A DNA stretch of 64,000 nt from NCBI GenBank assembly GCA_964619465.1, contig CAZUES010000001.1, positions 123,440-187,439 on the forward strand, in the 5' to 3' direction. Positions within the stretch are counted from its first letter, which is position 1. Each line of letters opens with the position of its first letter. Position numbers and translations under genes: made by a program. Below, piece by piece: positions 32,319 through 41,788 of this stretch. Origin of the DNA: an uncultured Gemmatimonas sp. GTDB taxonomy: Bacteria; Gemmatimonadota; Gemmatimonadetes; Gemmatimonadales; GWC2-71-9. The notes beneath the pieces were generated by a model that saw nothing but the letters and a program-made list of their open reading frames with translations, was not told the DNA's origin and ran no database searches.

Positions 32319-35300
32319 ATGAAGCAATTCCGGTATGGCCTTGTCAGTAAAGGACTTATGGCATCCCGTCGGGGTGCCATTCGGTCGATCGCCTGTGGCG
32401 TTGTCGTGTGGTTTGCCATGGGATGTGAGCGAAGCGAGAAGGAGTTCCTCGATCCCAACTCGACCAAGATCTCCGAGTTTGGTGTTGGGCCGAGAAACGC
32501 TTCGGTCAAGCAGCTCGAGCCGCTGACGTTCGAGGCATACGGAAAAACGGTCGGTGGAGATAGTGCCACCATTGCGGTGTCCTGGGTGGCCTCGGGAGGC
32601 AAAATCGACGAGGCCGGGACATTCGAGTCGGATCTCCCGGGACAGTACTGGATCGTGGCGCGTGCCCAGAATGACGAGTCCCTGATCGATTCGGTCATCG
32701 TGTCGGTTGTGAGTCCGGAAGCCCCGGTCAGTCGGCTCGTCGTCTCACCCGACCAGGTCAAGCTTCTCCCCGGAGAGTCGATTCATTTCACGTCGCAATC
32801 CCGGACCGCCAACGGTGCCTTGGCTGACGTACCGGTCGTCTGGAGCGCTTCGTCGGGTACCATCGACCTGCAGGGGGTGTACACCGCGCCGGCTCAGGAC
32901 GCCGAGGTGATCGTGATTGCCGCGGTCGCGGGCGAGGTTGCTGACACCGCCCGGGTCTCCGTCCGGACTCCGCTCGGTCTCAAGTCGCTCAACATTGCGC
33001 CGGGTGTCGATTCAATGTACATCGGCGAAACCCGACCGTTCTCGGTTTCGGCAGAGTGGACCGATGGACGAACCCAGGTTCCCGAGGTCGATTTCAGCGC
33101 AACCGGTGGTGTCGTCGACGGGATGGGGATCTACACGGCGGGTGACACGCCGGGAGAATATGAGGTTGTCGTTCGTGAGCGAAATGGTTCGCTCACAGCC
33201 CGTGCGTGGCTTTGGATTATTGCGGAACGCGTTACAACGGTGCGGCTCCGGCCCGCGGCTGTCCAAGTACTGCCGGGTGCGACGCACCTCTTCGTCGCTT
33301 CGGCCCACGCGGCGAGTGGCCGGCTGCAGCCGGCTCCCATTTTGTGGTCGGCTACGGGGGGGACCGTTACGCAAGACGGCCGCTATACCGCCGGTCGGAC
33401 CTCGGGAACCTATCGGGTCATTGCCGCCTCGGGAACCGTTTCTGATACGGCAATCGTCGCCATCGGCACACCGACTGCAAATCTGGTTTCGATCGGTATC
33501 GTCCCGGCTTCGGTTACCCTTCCGGCTGGCGGGGTTCAGCAGTTTGAGCCGTCGGGGTCGTGGAGTGATGGTAGCGGAGTCGTGCCGGCAGTCGAATGGT
33601 CTGCAACAGGTGGTACGATTTCGTCGTCGGGCGAGTTTGTCGCCGGGCCGGTTGCGGGAAACTACCGGGTCATCGCGAGGCATCGGGGTGGTTCGCTCGC
33701 TGATACCAGTTTGGTGACCGTTGCCGCGGCGCGGCTCAACGGCCTCGAGATCTCCCCCGGCGGGGCGACGGTCGAGCGCGGCAAGACGGTGCAGTTCTCG
33801 GCCCGGGGCCAATGGACCGACGGATCGCTCAACGTGCCGCCGGTTACCTGGGTCGCGTCCGGGGGGACAATCAGTTCGAGTGGCTTGTACACGGCGGGGC
33901 AGTCCAGTGGAACCTATCGGGTCATTGCGCGTCACGCCGATGGACTGGCGGATACTGTTGCGGTGACCGTCACGTCGGTCGCGCCCGTGCTGACCAATCT
34001 GACAGTGAGCCCCGGTGCCATCTCGCTGCGGACCGGTGCCGTGCAGACGTTCGGCGTCACCGCGGCTTGGACCAACGGCGGAACGGGAACCCCTTCGGTC
34101 GCCTGGTCGGCTACGGGCGGGCAAATCTCGAACCGGGGTCGCTTCACGGCGGGCAGTCGGGCCGGGACGTTCCGCGTCATTGCACGGCAAGCGGGTGGGA
34201 CCATTGCGGATACGGCCCGCGTCACGATCACTCCGCCTGCTCCGCAGCTGACGGGGTTGGTGCTTACGCCGGCGACGGCGACGGTTCAAGCAGGTGGTAC
34301 GCGTCAGTTTACGGTGTCGGCGAGCTGGACGGGCGGCGGGGCCGGGGTTCCGCCGATCGTCTGGTCGGCCACGGGTGGTACGGTCGAAGGTAACGGCCTC
34401 TTCCGGGCCGGAAGTGCGGCAGGAACGTATCGAATCATTGCGCGTCAGCAGGATGGTCCGCTGGCCGACACGAGCGTGGTGACGGTCACATCGGCTGCTC
34501 CGCAGCTCGTGGGTCTCGAGGTGTCACCGAACCGGGCTACGCTCTCGACCGGGGCGGTTCAGCAGTATTCGGTGAGCGGTGTCTGGACCAATGGCGGCAG
34601 CGGCGCGCCGGCAGTTCTCTGGAGTGCGACGGGCGGTACCATCAGTACGAGTGGTCGTTATACCGCCGGTTCCACTGCGGGAACCTATCGCGTCATTGCC
34701 CGTCAGCAGGGCGGAGGGTTGGCCGACACGGTTTCGCTGACCGTCTCCAGCGCTCCCGCGAACTTGACCTCGCTCAGGGTCGTGCCCCGGGGCGTCACCC
34801 TCCAAACCGGTCTGCAACAGCAGTACTCTGTGGAAGCGGGTTGGAGCAACGGAGCGACGACGACGCCCGACATTAACTGGTCGACCACCGGGGGAACCAT
34901 CAGCAGCGGTGGCCGCTATACGGCGCCCAGCTCTCCGGGATCTTACCGAGTCATTGCGCGACACGCCGGTGGTAGCCTGGCCGACACGACCACGGTGACG
35001 GTCAGCGCCCCCACCGTTACCCGTATCTCACTGACGCCGGCAACAGCCACGGTCGCCGGGGGCGCCACCCAGCAGTTCCAGACCTCGGCGACCTGGTCGG
35101 ATGGCGCCAGCAGGGCTGTGGCAGTAACGTATACGGCGACGGGAGGGACGATTACCGTGAACGGATTGTATACTGCCGGACGTACGGCCGGAACGTTTCT
35201 GGTGATTGCAGCCTGCTCGTGCGGGCAGTCGGATACGTCGCGCGTCAACATCACGGGTGCGCAGACGGCCCCTTCGCTGGCCTCGGTCACCATCAGCCCG

Positions 35301-36218
35301 AGTTCACTCACGCTGCAGTCCGGCACCTCTCGGCAGCTCTCTGCCCAGAGTCGGCTGACCGACGGTTCGGTTGGCAGTACGGCAGTGTCGTGGAGCGCAA
35401 CGGGCGGAACCATTACCTCCAGCGGACAGTATACCGCCGGCTCGTCGGCGGGTTCGTACCGAGTCATCGCCTCCATTGCGGGAGGGGCGTTGGCCGATAC
35501 GATTCCAGTCGTCGTTCAGGTCGAGACGTCGTCGCCGCCGCCGCCGGCTTCGGGTGGGGGGCGGTATCCGAACCGTCCGTCGAACTACACCCGGGTTTTG
35601 AGTGACTACGGCTTCGACGATGCGGTGCCGTCCGGGCGGGAAATGTCCGTCGGTGGCGGGTGGGGGTCTTCGTGGAATGATGGTGGGTTGCTCCGTCGAG
35701 GAACGGCGGCCGACGCGCCCGTCTCGCCATCGCAGGTCCTGGAGTGGGCGTTCACGCGGACGGGAACGCGGTCGGGCCAGGGTGTCGGTAATCTGGCGCG
35801 GTCACTGCCCACGGTGAATCAGATCTATGTCTCCTTCTGGATGAAGCATGACAGTCAATTCGAGTTTCATCCGATCTCGAACAAGCTGTTGTACCTGGAG
35901 CCGGGGAACCTGATTCTGCAGACGCGGATGTGGGATTCGAACTGGTTCACGATCAACAACGGCGGCAGTGGGCAGGAACTGCGGGCGACGGGGTACACGC
36001 TGCCGTTGGGGCGGTGGGTCCAGGTCGAGTACCTGGTGGATGCGGTGAACAACCGGATCCGGTTGTGGGCCGACGGGCGGCTGGTGGTGGATGCGACGAC
36101 TTCGCTGTCGGGGAACTTCCGGGAGTTGAAGCTGGACTCCACCTGGGGCGGCTCCGGCGGGACGAAGAGCCGGGATTCCTACCGGTGGATCGACCACATC
36201 CTGGTCGCCACGCCGTAA
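32319..36218 (+). CDS. giant lipoprotein A: ~12 tandem Big_2 (bacterial Ig-like group 2) domains plus an unassigned ~225-aa C-terminal domain
   Basis: Signal/lipobox 'SIACGVVVWFAMGC' (ATG at 32319). Repeating ~88-aa units '...V.P..A.V..G...QF.....W.NG........W.ATGG.IS..G.YTAG...G.YRVIAR...G.LADT..VTV'. Pro-rich linker 'SSPPPPASGGG' precedes the C-terminal domain. Confidence 0.85.
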   Translation: MKQFRYGLVSKGLMASRRGAIRSIACGVVVWFAMGCERSEKEFLDPNSTKISEFGVGPRNASVKQLEPLTFEAYGKTVGGDSATIAVSWVASGGKIDEAGTFESDLPGQYWIVARAQNDESLIDSVIVSVVSPEAPVSRLVVSPDQVKLLPGESIHFTSQSRTANGALADVPVVWSASSGTIDLQGVYTAPAQDAEVIVIAAVAGEVADTARVSVRTPLGLKSLNIAPGVDSMYIGETRPFSVSAEWTDGRTQVPEVDFSATGGVVDGMGIYTAGDTPGEYEVVVRERNGSLTARAWLWIIAERVTTVRLRPAAVQVLPGATHLFVASAHAASGRLQPAPILWSATGGTVTQDGRYTAGRTSGTYRVIAASGTVSDTAIVAIGTPTANLVSIGIVPASVTLPAGGVQQFEPSGSWSDGSGVVPAVEWSATGGTISSSGEFVAGPVAGNYRVIARHRGGSLADTSLVTVAAARLNGLEISPGGATVERGKTVQFSARGQWTDGSLNVPPVTWVASGGTISSSGLYTAGQSSGTYRVIARHADGLADTVAVTVTSVAPVLTNLTVSPGAISLRTGAVQTFGVTAAWTNGGTGTPSVAWSATGGQISNRGRFTAGSRAGTFRVIARQAGGTIADTARVTITPPAPQLTGLVLTPATATVQAGGTRQFTVSASWTGGGAGVPPIVWSATGGTVEGNGLFRAGSAAGTYRIIARQQDGPLADTSVVTVTSAAPQLVGLEVSPNRATLSTGAVQQYSVSGVWTNGGSGAPAVLWSATGGTISTSGRYTAGSTAGTYRVIARQQGGGLADTVSLTVSSAPANLTSLRVVPRGVTLQTGLQQQYSVEAGWSNGATTTPDINWSTTGGTISSGGRYTAPSSPGSYRVIARHAGGSLADTTTVTVSAPTVTRISLTPATATVAGGATQQFQTSATWSDGASRAVAVTYTATGGTITVNGLYTAGRTAGTFLVIAACSCGQSDTSRVNITGAQTAPSLASVTISPSSLTLQSGTSRQLSAQSRLTDGSVGSTAVSWSATGGTITSSGQYTAGSSAGSYRVIASIAGGALADTIPVVVQVETSSPPPPASGGGRYPNRPSNYTRVLSDYGFDDAVPSGREMSVGGGWGSSWNDGGLLRRGTAADAPVSPSQVLEWAFTRTGTRSGQGVGNLARSLPTVNQIYVSFWMKHDSQFEFHPISNKLLYLEPGNLILQTRMWDSNWFTINNGGSGQELRATGYTLPLGRWVQVEYLVDAVNNRIRLWADGRLVVDATTSLSGNFRELKLDSTWGGSGGTKSRDSYRWIDHILVATP

Positions 36219-36276
36219 ATCGTCAGCACAGCAGGGCAGGCAGCCGGCCGGCGGACTTAAGATCCGCCGGCCGGTT
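35556..36276 (+). repeat. copy 1 of a ~721-bp near-identical direct repeat (3' coding module, stop codon and terminator stem)
   Basis: Aligns to 39661..40381 at a constant offset of 4105 nt. There are 7 substitutions in the first ~95 nt. Then the copies appear identical from ~35650 to 36258: I compared the DNA directly only at the two ends, and infer the interior from the matching ORF-track translations on both strands. The terminator loop differs and the right stem arm is identical. Confidence 0.9.
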
Positions 36277-36283
36277 TGTTTTT
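36244..36283 (+). terminator. rho-independent terminator of Big_2 gene A
   Basis: CCGGCCGGCGGA-cttaaga-TCCGCCGGCCGG (12-bp perfect stem) followed by TTTGTTTTT. Confidence 0.85.
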
Positions 36284-36501
36284 CTGCTCTGAACTGTCAC
36301 TCGCCGAACGCAAACTCGCTGCTTTCGCCTCTGCCGCATCCCCGCAACGGGTTGCCGGTGGTCGGGAAGGCCCAGTCCAATCGAGTGAGCTGTAACCCAT
36401 TGGTTCGTATATGGCTTAGACGACCGGGCCGGAGCTGGGTGCTGGATTCAGGTTCAATGACCGAGAAGAAGTCGGTGTGGTTTTGTGTCAATATATTGAT
36501 C

Positions 36502-36522
36502 GGTTTTTGTGTTGCACTCAGC
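36502..36522 (+). promoter_or_regulatory. candidate promoter element upstream of Big_2 gene B (GG-N10-GC with TTGCA; also the shared GTTGCAytyAGC motif)
   Basis: cGGtttttgtgTTGCActcagc has -24/-12-like spacing but a poor -24 hexamer. It lies in a ~32% GC island, ~175 nt upstream of the ATG at 36691. Confidence 0.25.
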
Positions 36523-36690
36523 TACTGTAGTTTCGTTATCTTATTGTTGTTGAATGACTTGTGGCGCTTTATTCTGTCTATTGATTTGATGTAAAAATAT
36601 TACGCACTGTTCTGGTCCGTTCCTTGCCAAACTCTGGTTCGGAGTGATCTGGGTGCTTCCAGACATCGAACCGTGGGACTGGGGACGAAC

Positions 36691-39600
36691 ATGCGAGTTT
36701 CGGGACGAAATACACAAGGGTGGCAGGTGATGGCCTGGACCCTTGCGATGGTGGTATTGGCCGGGTGCAGTGAGCAGGCCGAAAAACGGGAATTCCTCGG
36801 ACCGCCGGTGCCGAACACGCCGTCGACTGGGGCGATTTCTCGCCTGGTCGTCTCGCCGAGTATCGGGACGGTTCAGCAGGGCGAGCCGATCGGGTTCTCG
36901 GCCTTTGGGCAGGGGACCAGCGGCGACAGCGTCGGGGTCAGCGTCATGTGGACTGCGAGCGGCGGAGCCGTTGATGATGCCGGCGTGTTCTCGGCACCGA
37001 GCCCCGGAACCTACTGGGTCGTCGCCCGATCGGTTCAGCAGGCCGATCGCGCGGACTCGGCGGCCGTCTACGTGGTCGGTCCCAATAATCCGGTTTCCTC
37101 GGTCTCGCTGACTCCCAAGCATATCCAACTCCAGCTGGGTGATGCCCAGCAGTTCACGGCAAACGCCCAGCTGCAGAGTGGAGCCGATGCTACGGTCCCG
37201 ATCTATTGGACTGCATCTGGCGGAACCATCGATGCCACTGGACGCTACTCTGCAACCGATGAAGGTTCATTCATCGTGGTGGCCATTGCCGCCAATGGGC
37301 TGAGCGATACCTCGGTGGTGCTGGTTCAGCAGCGCCGCGTGATCCGTTCGGTGCGGATCGAGCCGGCCGAGGTCGATGTCGTCGAGGGTGGAAACGAACG
37401 CTTTGATGTGACGGCCGAGTGGAGTGACGGTTCGACATCGACGCCGAGTGACGTCGACTACAGTACCGATGGCGGGACCATCGACGCGAGCGGTCACTTC
37501 ACCGCGTTGACCACGTCGGGTGAGTTCGTCGTTGTCGCGAGTGCGCGTGGCACCAACTCAACCGCCAGTGCAACGGTTCGGATCAAGCCGGCGTCGGTGA
37601 CGCAGGTCTCGATCGTTCCGGGCTCGGTCAAGCTGAGTCGAAGCGGCTGGAGCCTTTTCCTGGCGACGGCTCGATATTCCGACGGAGCCACCCGGCTGGT
37701 TGTGCCGACCTGGCAGGCGACCGGTGGGAGTATCGACCGCATTGGAGTGTTCCGCGCCGGTAGCGCCGACGGTCACTACGTCGTGATTGCGACGGTCGGT
37801 TCTGTCGCTGATACCGCGGCGGTCGTGATCGGCAATCCGGTAGCGACGCTCTCCAGCTTGATCCTTAACCCCGGCGCGGCCACCATCGGCGCCGGATCGT
37901 CGCAGACCTTCAGTGTCGCCGGCTCGTGGAGCGACGGGTCCTCGACCGTGCCGCCGGTCACGTTCAGCGCGACGGGTGGAACCGTTTCCGCGACCGGGGT
38001 GTACCAGGCGGGGGCAACTCCGGGAACCTATCGGGTGATTGCGAGGCACACGGGTGGTGTGCGGGCGGATACCAGCGAAGTGCGGGTCGTGGCGCCCACG
38101 GTCACCAAGGTCGACATCAATCCGGAGCGGGTCACGGTCGAGACTGGCAAAGTCGCGCAGTTCGCAGCAAGCGCAACTCTGAGCGACGGCACGTCGTCGA
38201 CGGCTGCGCCGGTGACTTGGACGGCAACGGGCGGCAGCATCAACAGTGCCGGGCGGTTCACGGCCGGCACCGGAACGGGCACCTTCCGGGTGGTCGGTCG
38301 TTCCACCAGCGGAGCCGCTGACACGAGCCTGGTGACCGTAGCGGCGCCGGCGCCGGTGTTGCAGGCCATCGCGGTCACGCCGAAGCCGGCCACCGTCCAG
38401 ATCGGTCGGAGTCAGAGCTTCGTTGCGCGCGGTATCTGGACCAACGGCGGCTCCGGCACGCCCACGGTGACGTGGTCGGCGACGGGCGGTTCGATTACTT
38501 CGGCGGGCGTCTATACCGCCGGGTCGACGGCGGGGACCTACCGTGTCATTGCCCGGCATCAGGCCGGGGCTGCCGACACCAGCGTCGTGACCATTCCCCA
38601 GCCGGCTCCGGTGTTGACGGCAGTCGTGCTCTCGCCGGCAAGGGCGACGGTGCAGGCGGGGGCCACCCGGTCGTTCTCGGTCGATGGCGTCTGGACGAAC
38701 GGGGGAAGCGGCGCGCCGGCCGTAACGTACTCCGCAACGGGCGGGAGCGTTTCGTCGAGCGGTGTGTTCGTTGCCGGTCCGACAGCCGGTACCTATCGCG
38801 TTGTTGCTACGCAGCAAGGCGGGCGGCTGGCGGATACCAGCGTGGTGACCGTGACCGCGGCTCCTCCGCAGCTTACGGGTGTGCAGGTTACTCCGAAAGG
38901 CGCGTCGGTCGCGTCAGGTGGAACCGTACAGTACGGCGTGGACGGGGTCTGGACCAACGGTGGCTCCGGTGCGCCTGCGGTGACCTGGTCGGCAACCGGC
39001 GGGTCCATCTCATCGACGGGGTTGTTCACCGCCGGCTCGACGGCCGGTACCTTCCGGGTCATTGCGCGCCAGGCTAACGGGTCGCTGGCGGATACCGCCA
39101 ACGTCACGGTAGCCGTGACGGCCCCGACGCTTACGGCGCTACGGGTTCAGCCCAAGACGCTGACGGTGCAGACCGGTCTGACGCATCAATTCTCGGCCAC
39201 CGCCACCTGGAGCAACGGCTCGACCACCTTGCCGTCGATTCGCTGGAGTGCGACTGGGGGGTCGATCACTTCGAGTGGCGGACGGTTTACCGCTCCCAAT
39301 ACCCCGGGGACCTACCGAGTCATCGTCCGCGACGCCAACAGCACGGTCGCCGATACGAGTACCGTCAACGTGACTGCGCCGATCGTCACAGCCGTCGCGC
39401 TGACTCCGGGGAACGTGACCCTCGAAACCGGCAGAACCCAGCAGTATCAGGCCTCGGCGACGTGGTCTGACGGCGTCAGCCGACCGGCGGCCGTGGCGTA
39501 CACGGCTACGGGTGGCTCGATCTCCAGCAGCGGCATCTACACGGCGCCGGCCACTGCTGGCAACTACCGGGTTGACGCCTCGGCCGGAGGGGTGACTGCC

Positions 39601-40323
39601 TCGCCCTCGACGGTGACGGTGCAAGGTGCGGCGTCGCCTCCGCCGCCGCCGCCCTCGGGCGGGGGGCGGTATCCGAACCGTCCGTCGAACTACACCCGGG
39701 TTTTGAGTGATTACGGCTTCGACGATGCGGTGCCGGCCGGGCGGGAAAAGCCGGTTGGCGGCGGGTGGGGGTCTTCGTGGAATGATGGTGGGTTGCTCCG
39801 TCGAGGAACGGCGGCCGACGCGCCCGTCTCGCCATCGCAGGTCCTGGAGTGGGCGTTCACGCGGACGGGAACGCGGTCGGGCCAGGGTGTCGGTAATCTG
39901 GCGCGGTCACTGCCCACGGTGAATCAGATCTATGTCTCCTTCTGGATGAAGCATGACAGTCAATTCGAGTTTCATCCGATCTCGAACAAGCTGTTGTACC
40001 TGGAGCCGGGGAACCTGATTCTGCAGACGCGGATGTGGGATTCGAACTGGTTCACGATCAACAACGGCGGCAGTGGGCAGGAACTGCGGGCGACGGGGTA
40101 CACGCTGCCGTTGGGGCGGTGGGTCCAGGTCGAGTACCTGGTGGATGCGGTGAACAACCGGATCCGGTTGTGGGCCGACGGGCGGCTGGTGGTGGATGCG
40201 ACGACTTCGCTGTCGGGGAACTTCCGGGAGTTGAAGCTGGACTCCACCTGGGGCGGCTCCGGCGGGACGAAGAGCCGGGATTCCTACCGGTGGATCGACC
40301 ACATCCTGGTCGCCACGCCGTAA
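36691..40323 (+). CDS. giant lipoprotein B: ~11 tandem Big_2 domains plus the same C-terminal domain as gene A
   Basis: Lipobox 'LAMVVLAGC'. Same repeat architecture as A. The last ~190 aa are identical to A. Start taken at the ATG at 36691 (GTG at 36673 and ATG at 36730 are alternatives). Confidence 0.85.
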   Translation: MRVSGRNTQGWQVMAWTLAMVVLAGCSEQAEKREFLGPPVPNTPSTGAISRLVVSPSIGTVQQGEPIGFSAFGQGTSGDSVGVSVMWTASGGAVDDAGVFSAPSPGTYWVVARSVQQADRADSAAVYVVGPNNPVSSVSLTPKHIQLQLGDAQQFTANAQLQSGADATVPIYWTASGGTIDATGRYSATDEGSFIVVAIAANGLSDTSVVLVQQRRVIRSVRIEPAEVDVVEGGNERFDVTAEWSDGSTSTPSDVDYSTDGGTIDASGHFTALTTSGEFVVVASARGTNSTASATVRIKPASVTQVSIVPGSVKLSRSGWSLFLATARYSDGATRLVVPTWQATGGSIDRIGVFRAGSADGHYVVIATVGSVADTAAVVIGNPVATLSSLILNPGAATIGAGSSQTFSVAGSWSDGSSTVPPVTFSATGGTVSATGVYQAGATPGTYRVIARHTGGVRADTSEVRVVAPTVTKVDINPERVTVETGKVAQFAASATLSDGTSSTAAPVTWTATGGSINSAGRFTAGTGTGTFRVVGRSTSGAADTSLVTVAAPAPVLQAIAVTPKPATVQIGRSQSFVARGIWTNGGSGTPTVTWSATGGSITSAGVYTAGSTAGTYRVIARHQAGAADTSVVTIPQPAPVLTAVVLSPARATVQAGATRSFSVDGVWTNGGSGAPAVTYSATGGSVSSSGVFVAGPTAGTYRVVATQQGGRLADTSVVTVTAAPPQLTGVQVTPKGASVASGGTVQYGVDGVWTNGGSGAPAVTWSATGGSISSTGLFTAGSTAGTFRVIARQANGSLADTANVTVAVTAPTLTALRVQPKTLTVQTGLTHQFSATATWSNGSTTLPSIRWSATGGSITSSGGRFTAPNTPGTYRVIVRDANSTVADTSTVNVTAPIVTAVALTPGNVTLETGRTQQYQASATWSDGVSRPAAVAYTATGGSISSSGIYTAPATAGNYRVDASAGGVTASPSTVTVQGAASPPPPPPSGGGRYPNRPSNYTRVLSDYGFDDAVPAGREKPVGGGWGSSWNDGGLLRRGTAADAPVSPSQVLEWAFTRTGTRSGQGVGNLARSLPTVNQIYVSFWMKHDSQFEFHPISNKLLYLEPGNLILQTRMWDSNWFTINNGGSGQELRATGYTLPLGRWVQVEYLVDAVNNRIRLWADGRLVVDATTSLSGNFRELKLDSTWGGSGGTKSRDSYRWIDHILVATP

Positions 40324-40381
40324 ATCGTCAGCACAGCAGGGCAGGCAGCCGGCCGGCGGACTTGGATTCCGCCGGCCGGTT
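39661..40381 (+). repeat. copy 2 of the ~721-bp near-identical direct repeat
   Basis: See copy 1. The flanking ORF-track reverse-strand translations (e.g. 35867..36142 vs 39972..40247) are identical. Confidence 0.9.
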
Positions 40382-40392
40382 GCCTTTTGTTG
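40349..40392 (+). terminator. rho-independent terminator of Big_2 gene B
   Basis: CCGGCCGGCGGA-cttggat-TCCGCCGGCCGG followed by TTGCCTTTTGTT. Same stem as the gene A terminator, different loop, weaker T-tract. Confidence 0.7.
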
Positions 40393-40474
40393 GACCTGAA
40401 GACCCCCGGTCCGCTTCTTGCCCCTTTGACTTGGTTCCCAGGTACTTCGTGAATGTCGGAGGACGGCCGCGTCT

Positions 40475-41683
40475 GTGATTGTCATCTCGATTCTCGTCGG
40501 TGCGATCGGACTCGTTCTGTTCCTGCCGACCCTGTCCGATCTGGTGAGCCTCGTCGTGGCCGTCTTCCGGCGTCGGCCAACCTCGGCGCCGAGTCCGGTC
40601 GGAGCGCCGCCACGGTTTCTGATTCTGACCCCGGCTCACAATGAAGAGCTGTTGATTGCGGCTACTGTCGAGTCGGTCAAACGACTGGATTGGCCCTCGA
40701 CTGCGGTCCATATGGTCGTGGTGGCGGACAACTGCACCGATCGCACGGCTGAGATCGCGGCGGCTGCGGGCGCGACCGTGCTCGAGCGAAGCGATGCCGT
40801 GCTCAGGGGGAAGCCTCGTGCGGTGGCGTGGGCTCTCGAGCAGGTCGACCTCACGCGCTATGACGCGGTGGTCGTGCTGGATGCGGATTCGATGATCGAT
40901 CCCGGCTACTGCACCGCCATTGCGGCCCAGGGCCGGGTCCGGGATCGAGCCTTCCAGGGATGGATTGACCTCAGCAATCGAGATGAGACTGCGCTGACGC
41001 GGATGGCGTACGTTTTTTCCGCGGCCAGGTGCCTCTATATGAATCGGCTCAAAACCGCTGCCGGGCTTGCGGTGCCGTTCGGCAACGGGCTGTGCCTGGG
41101 GGTCGAGGTGCTCGAGCGGTATGGCTGGACGGCCTTTTCGCTCAGTGAGGACTGGGAGCTCTACGCCATTCTGGTCGAACGCGGCGTGCCGGTGATTGGC
41201 GTTCCCGGAGCGCACACCTATTCGCAGGAGGCCAGGTCGCTCGATCAGGGTGCCAGTCAGCGCAGTCGCTGGGCCAACGGCAAGCTGGCCGTGCTGTTCC
41301 AGTACGCGGCCGCGCTCCTCCGGACACCTCATGCGGGGTGGCGCCAGCGTCTCGATGTACTGGCCGAGCTGACCGGGTTCGGTCCAGTGGTCCATTTCGG
41401 CCTGGCGACGGTGCTGGTTGCGCTTACCGTGCTGCTCGAGCCGCCGGGATGGGAGTGGATCGCCGCTATCCTTGTCGCTGCGGTTGCTCGGCTGGCTGTG
41501 TATACGCTGCTGGCTCTTCGCGACGATCCCGAACCCTTTCGGACTGTCCTGGCTTTTGGATACGTCCCGATCTACGGGATTTGGCGACTGGGTGTGCAAC
41601 TCAAGTCTTTCGCGACTCTTCGGAATCAAGCCTGGGTTCGGACTGGTCGGCATGAGCAGGACCAGTCCTCGAAGCCAAACTGA
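40475..41683 (+). CDS. integral-membrane family 2 glycosyltransferase (processive synthase-like topology)
   Basis: N-terminal TM, 'FLILTPAHNEE...VVVADNCTDRT', 'VVVLDADS' (DxD), 'QRSRWANG' (QxxRW-like motif), C-terminal TM helices. Confidence 0.8.
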   Translation: MIVISILVGAIGLVLFLPTLSDLVSLVVAVFRRRPTSAPSPVGAPPRFLILTPAHNEELLIAATVESVKRLDWPSTAVHMVVVADNCTDRTAEIAAAAGATVLERSDAVLRGKPRAVAWALEQVDLTRYDAVVVLDADSMIDPGYCTAIAAQGRVRDRAFQGWIDLSNRDETALTRMAYVFSAARCLYMNRLKTAAGLAVPFGNGLCLGVEVLERYGWTAFSLSEDWELYAILVERGVPVIGVPGAHTYSQEARSLDQGASQRSRWANGKLAVLFQYAAALLRTPHAGWRQRLDVLAELTGFGPVVHFGLATVLVALTVLLEPPGWEWIAAILVAAVARLAVYTLLALRDDPEPFRTVLAFGYVPIYGIWRLGVQLKSFATLRNQAWVRTGRHEQDQSSKPN

Positions 41684-41788
41684 TGTAGGATTGGTCCGAT
41701 TTTCAGTAGTACCGATGCGGCGTGACCACAGGTAAGTCGTGATTTTATCGCATCTTTCACGCACCTGTGGCTCGCGGACGCATCACAT

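Noticed and set aside
36100..36218. Possible PEP-CTERM sorting signal at the C-termini of the Big_2 proteins, expected given the XrtA-type neighbours.
   Set aside because: Both proteins end ...YRWIDHILVATP, with no PEP motif, no terminal TM helix and no Arg-rich tail.
36352..36594. 80-aa ORF in the AT-rich intergenic island between the Big_2 genes.
   Set aside because: The composition shift alone creates the open frame. There is no Shine-Dalgarno, and the product is an odd Leu/Ile/Phe-rich sequence. I treat the region as regulatory DNA, though a small membrane peptide cannot be excluded.
41721..41770. Inverted repeat CCACAGGT (41726-33) / ACCTGTGG (41763-70), with adjacent CGTGA/TCACG, upstream of the carbamoyltransferase gene.
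   Set aside because: An 8-bp stem with a 29-nt spacer is weak. The second repeat pair is not nested compatibly, and there is no T-tract. It may be a protein-binding site but the evidence is insufficient.
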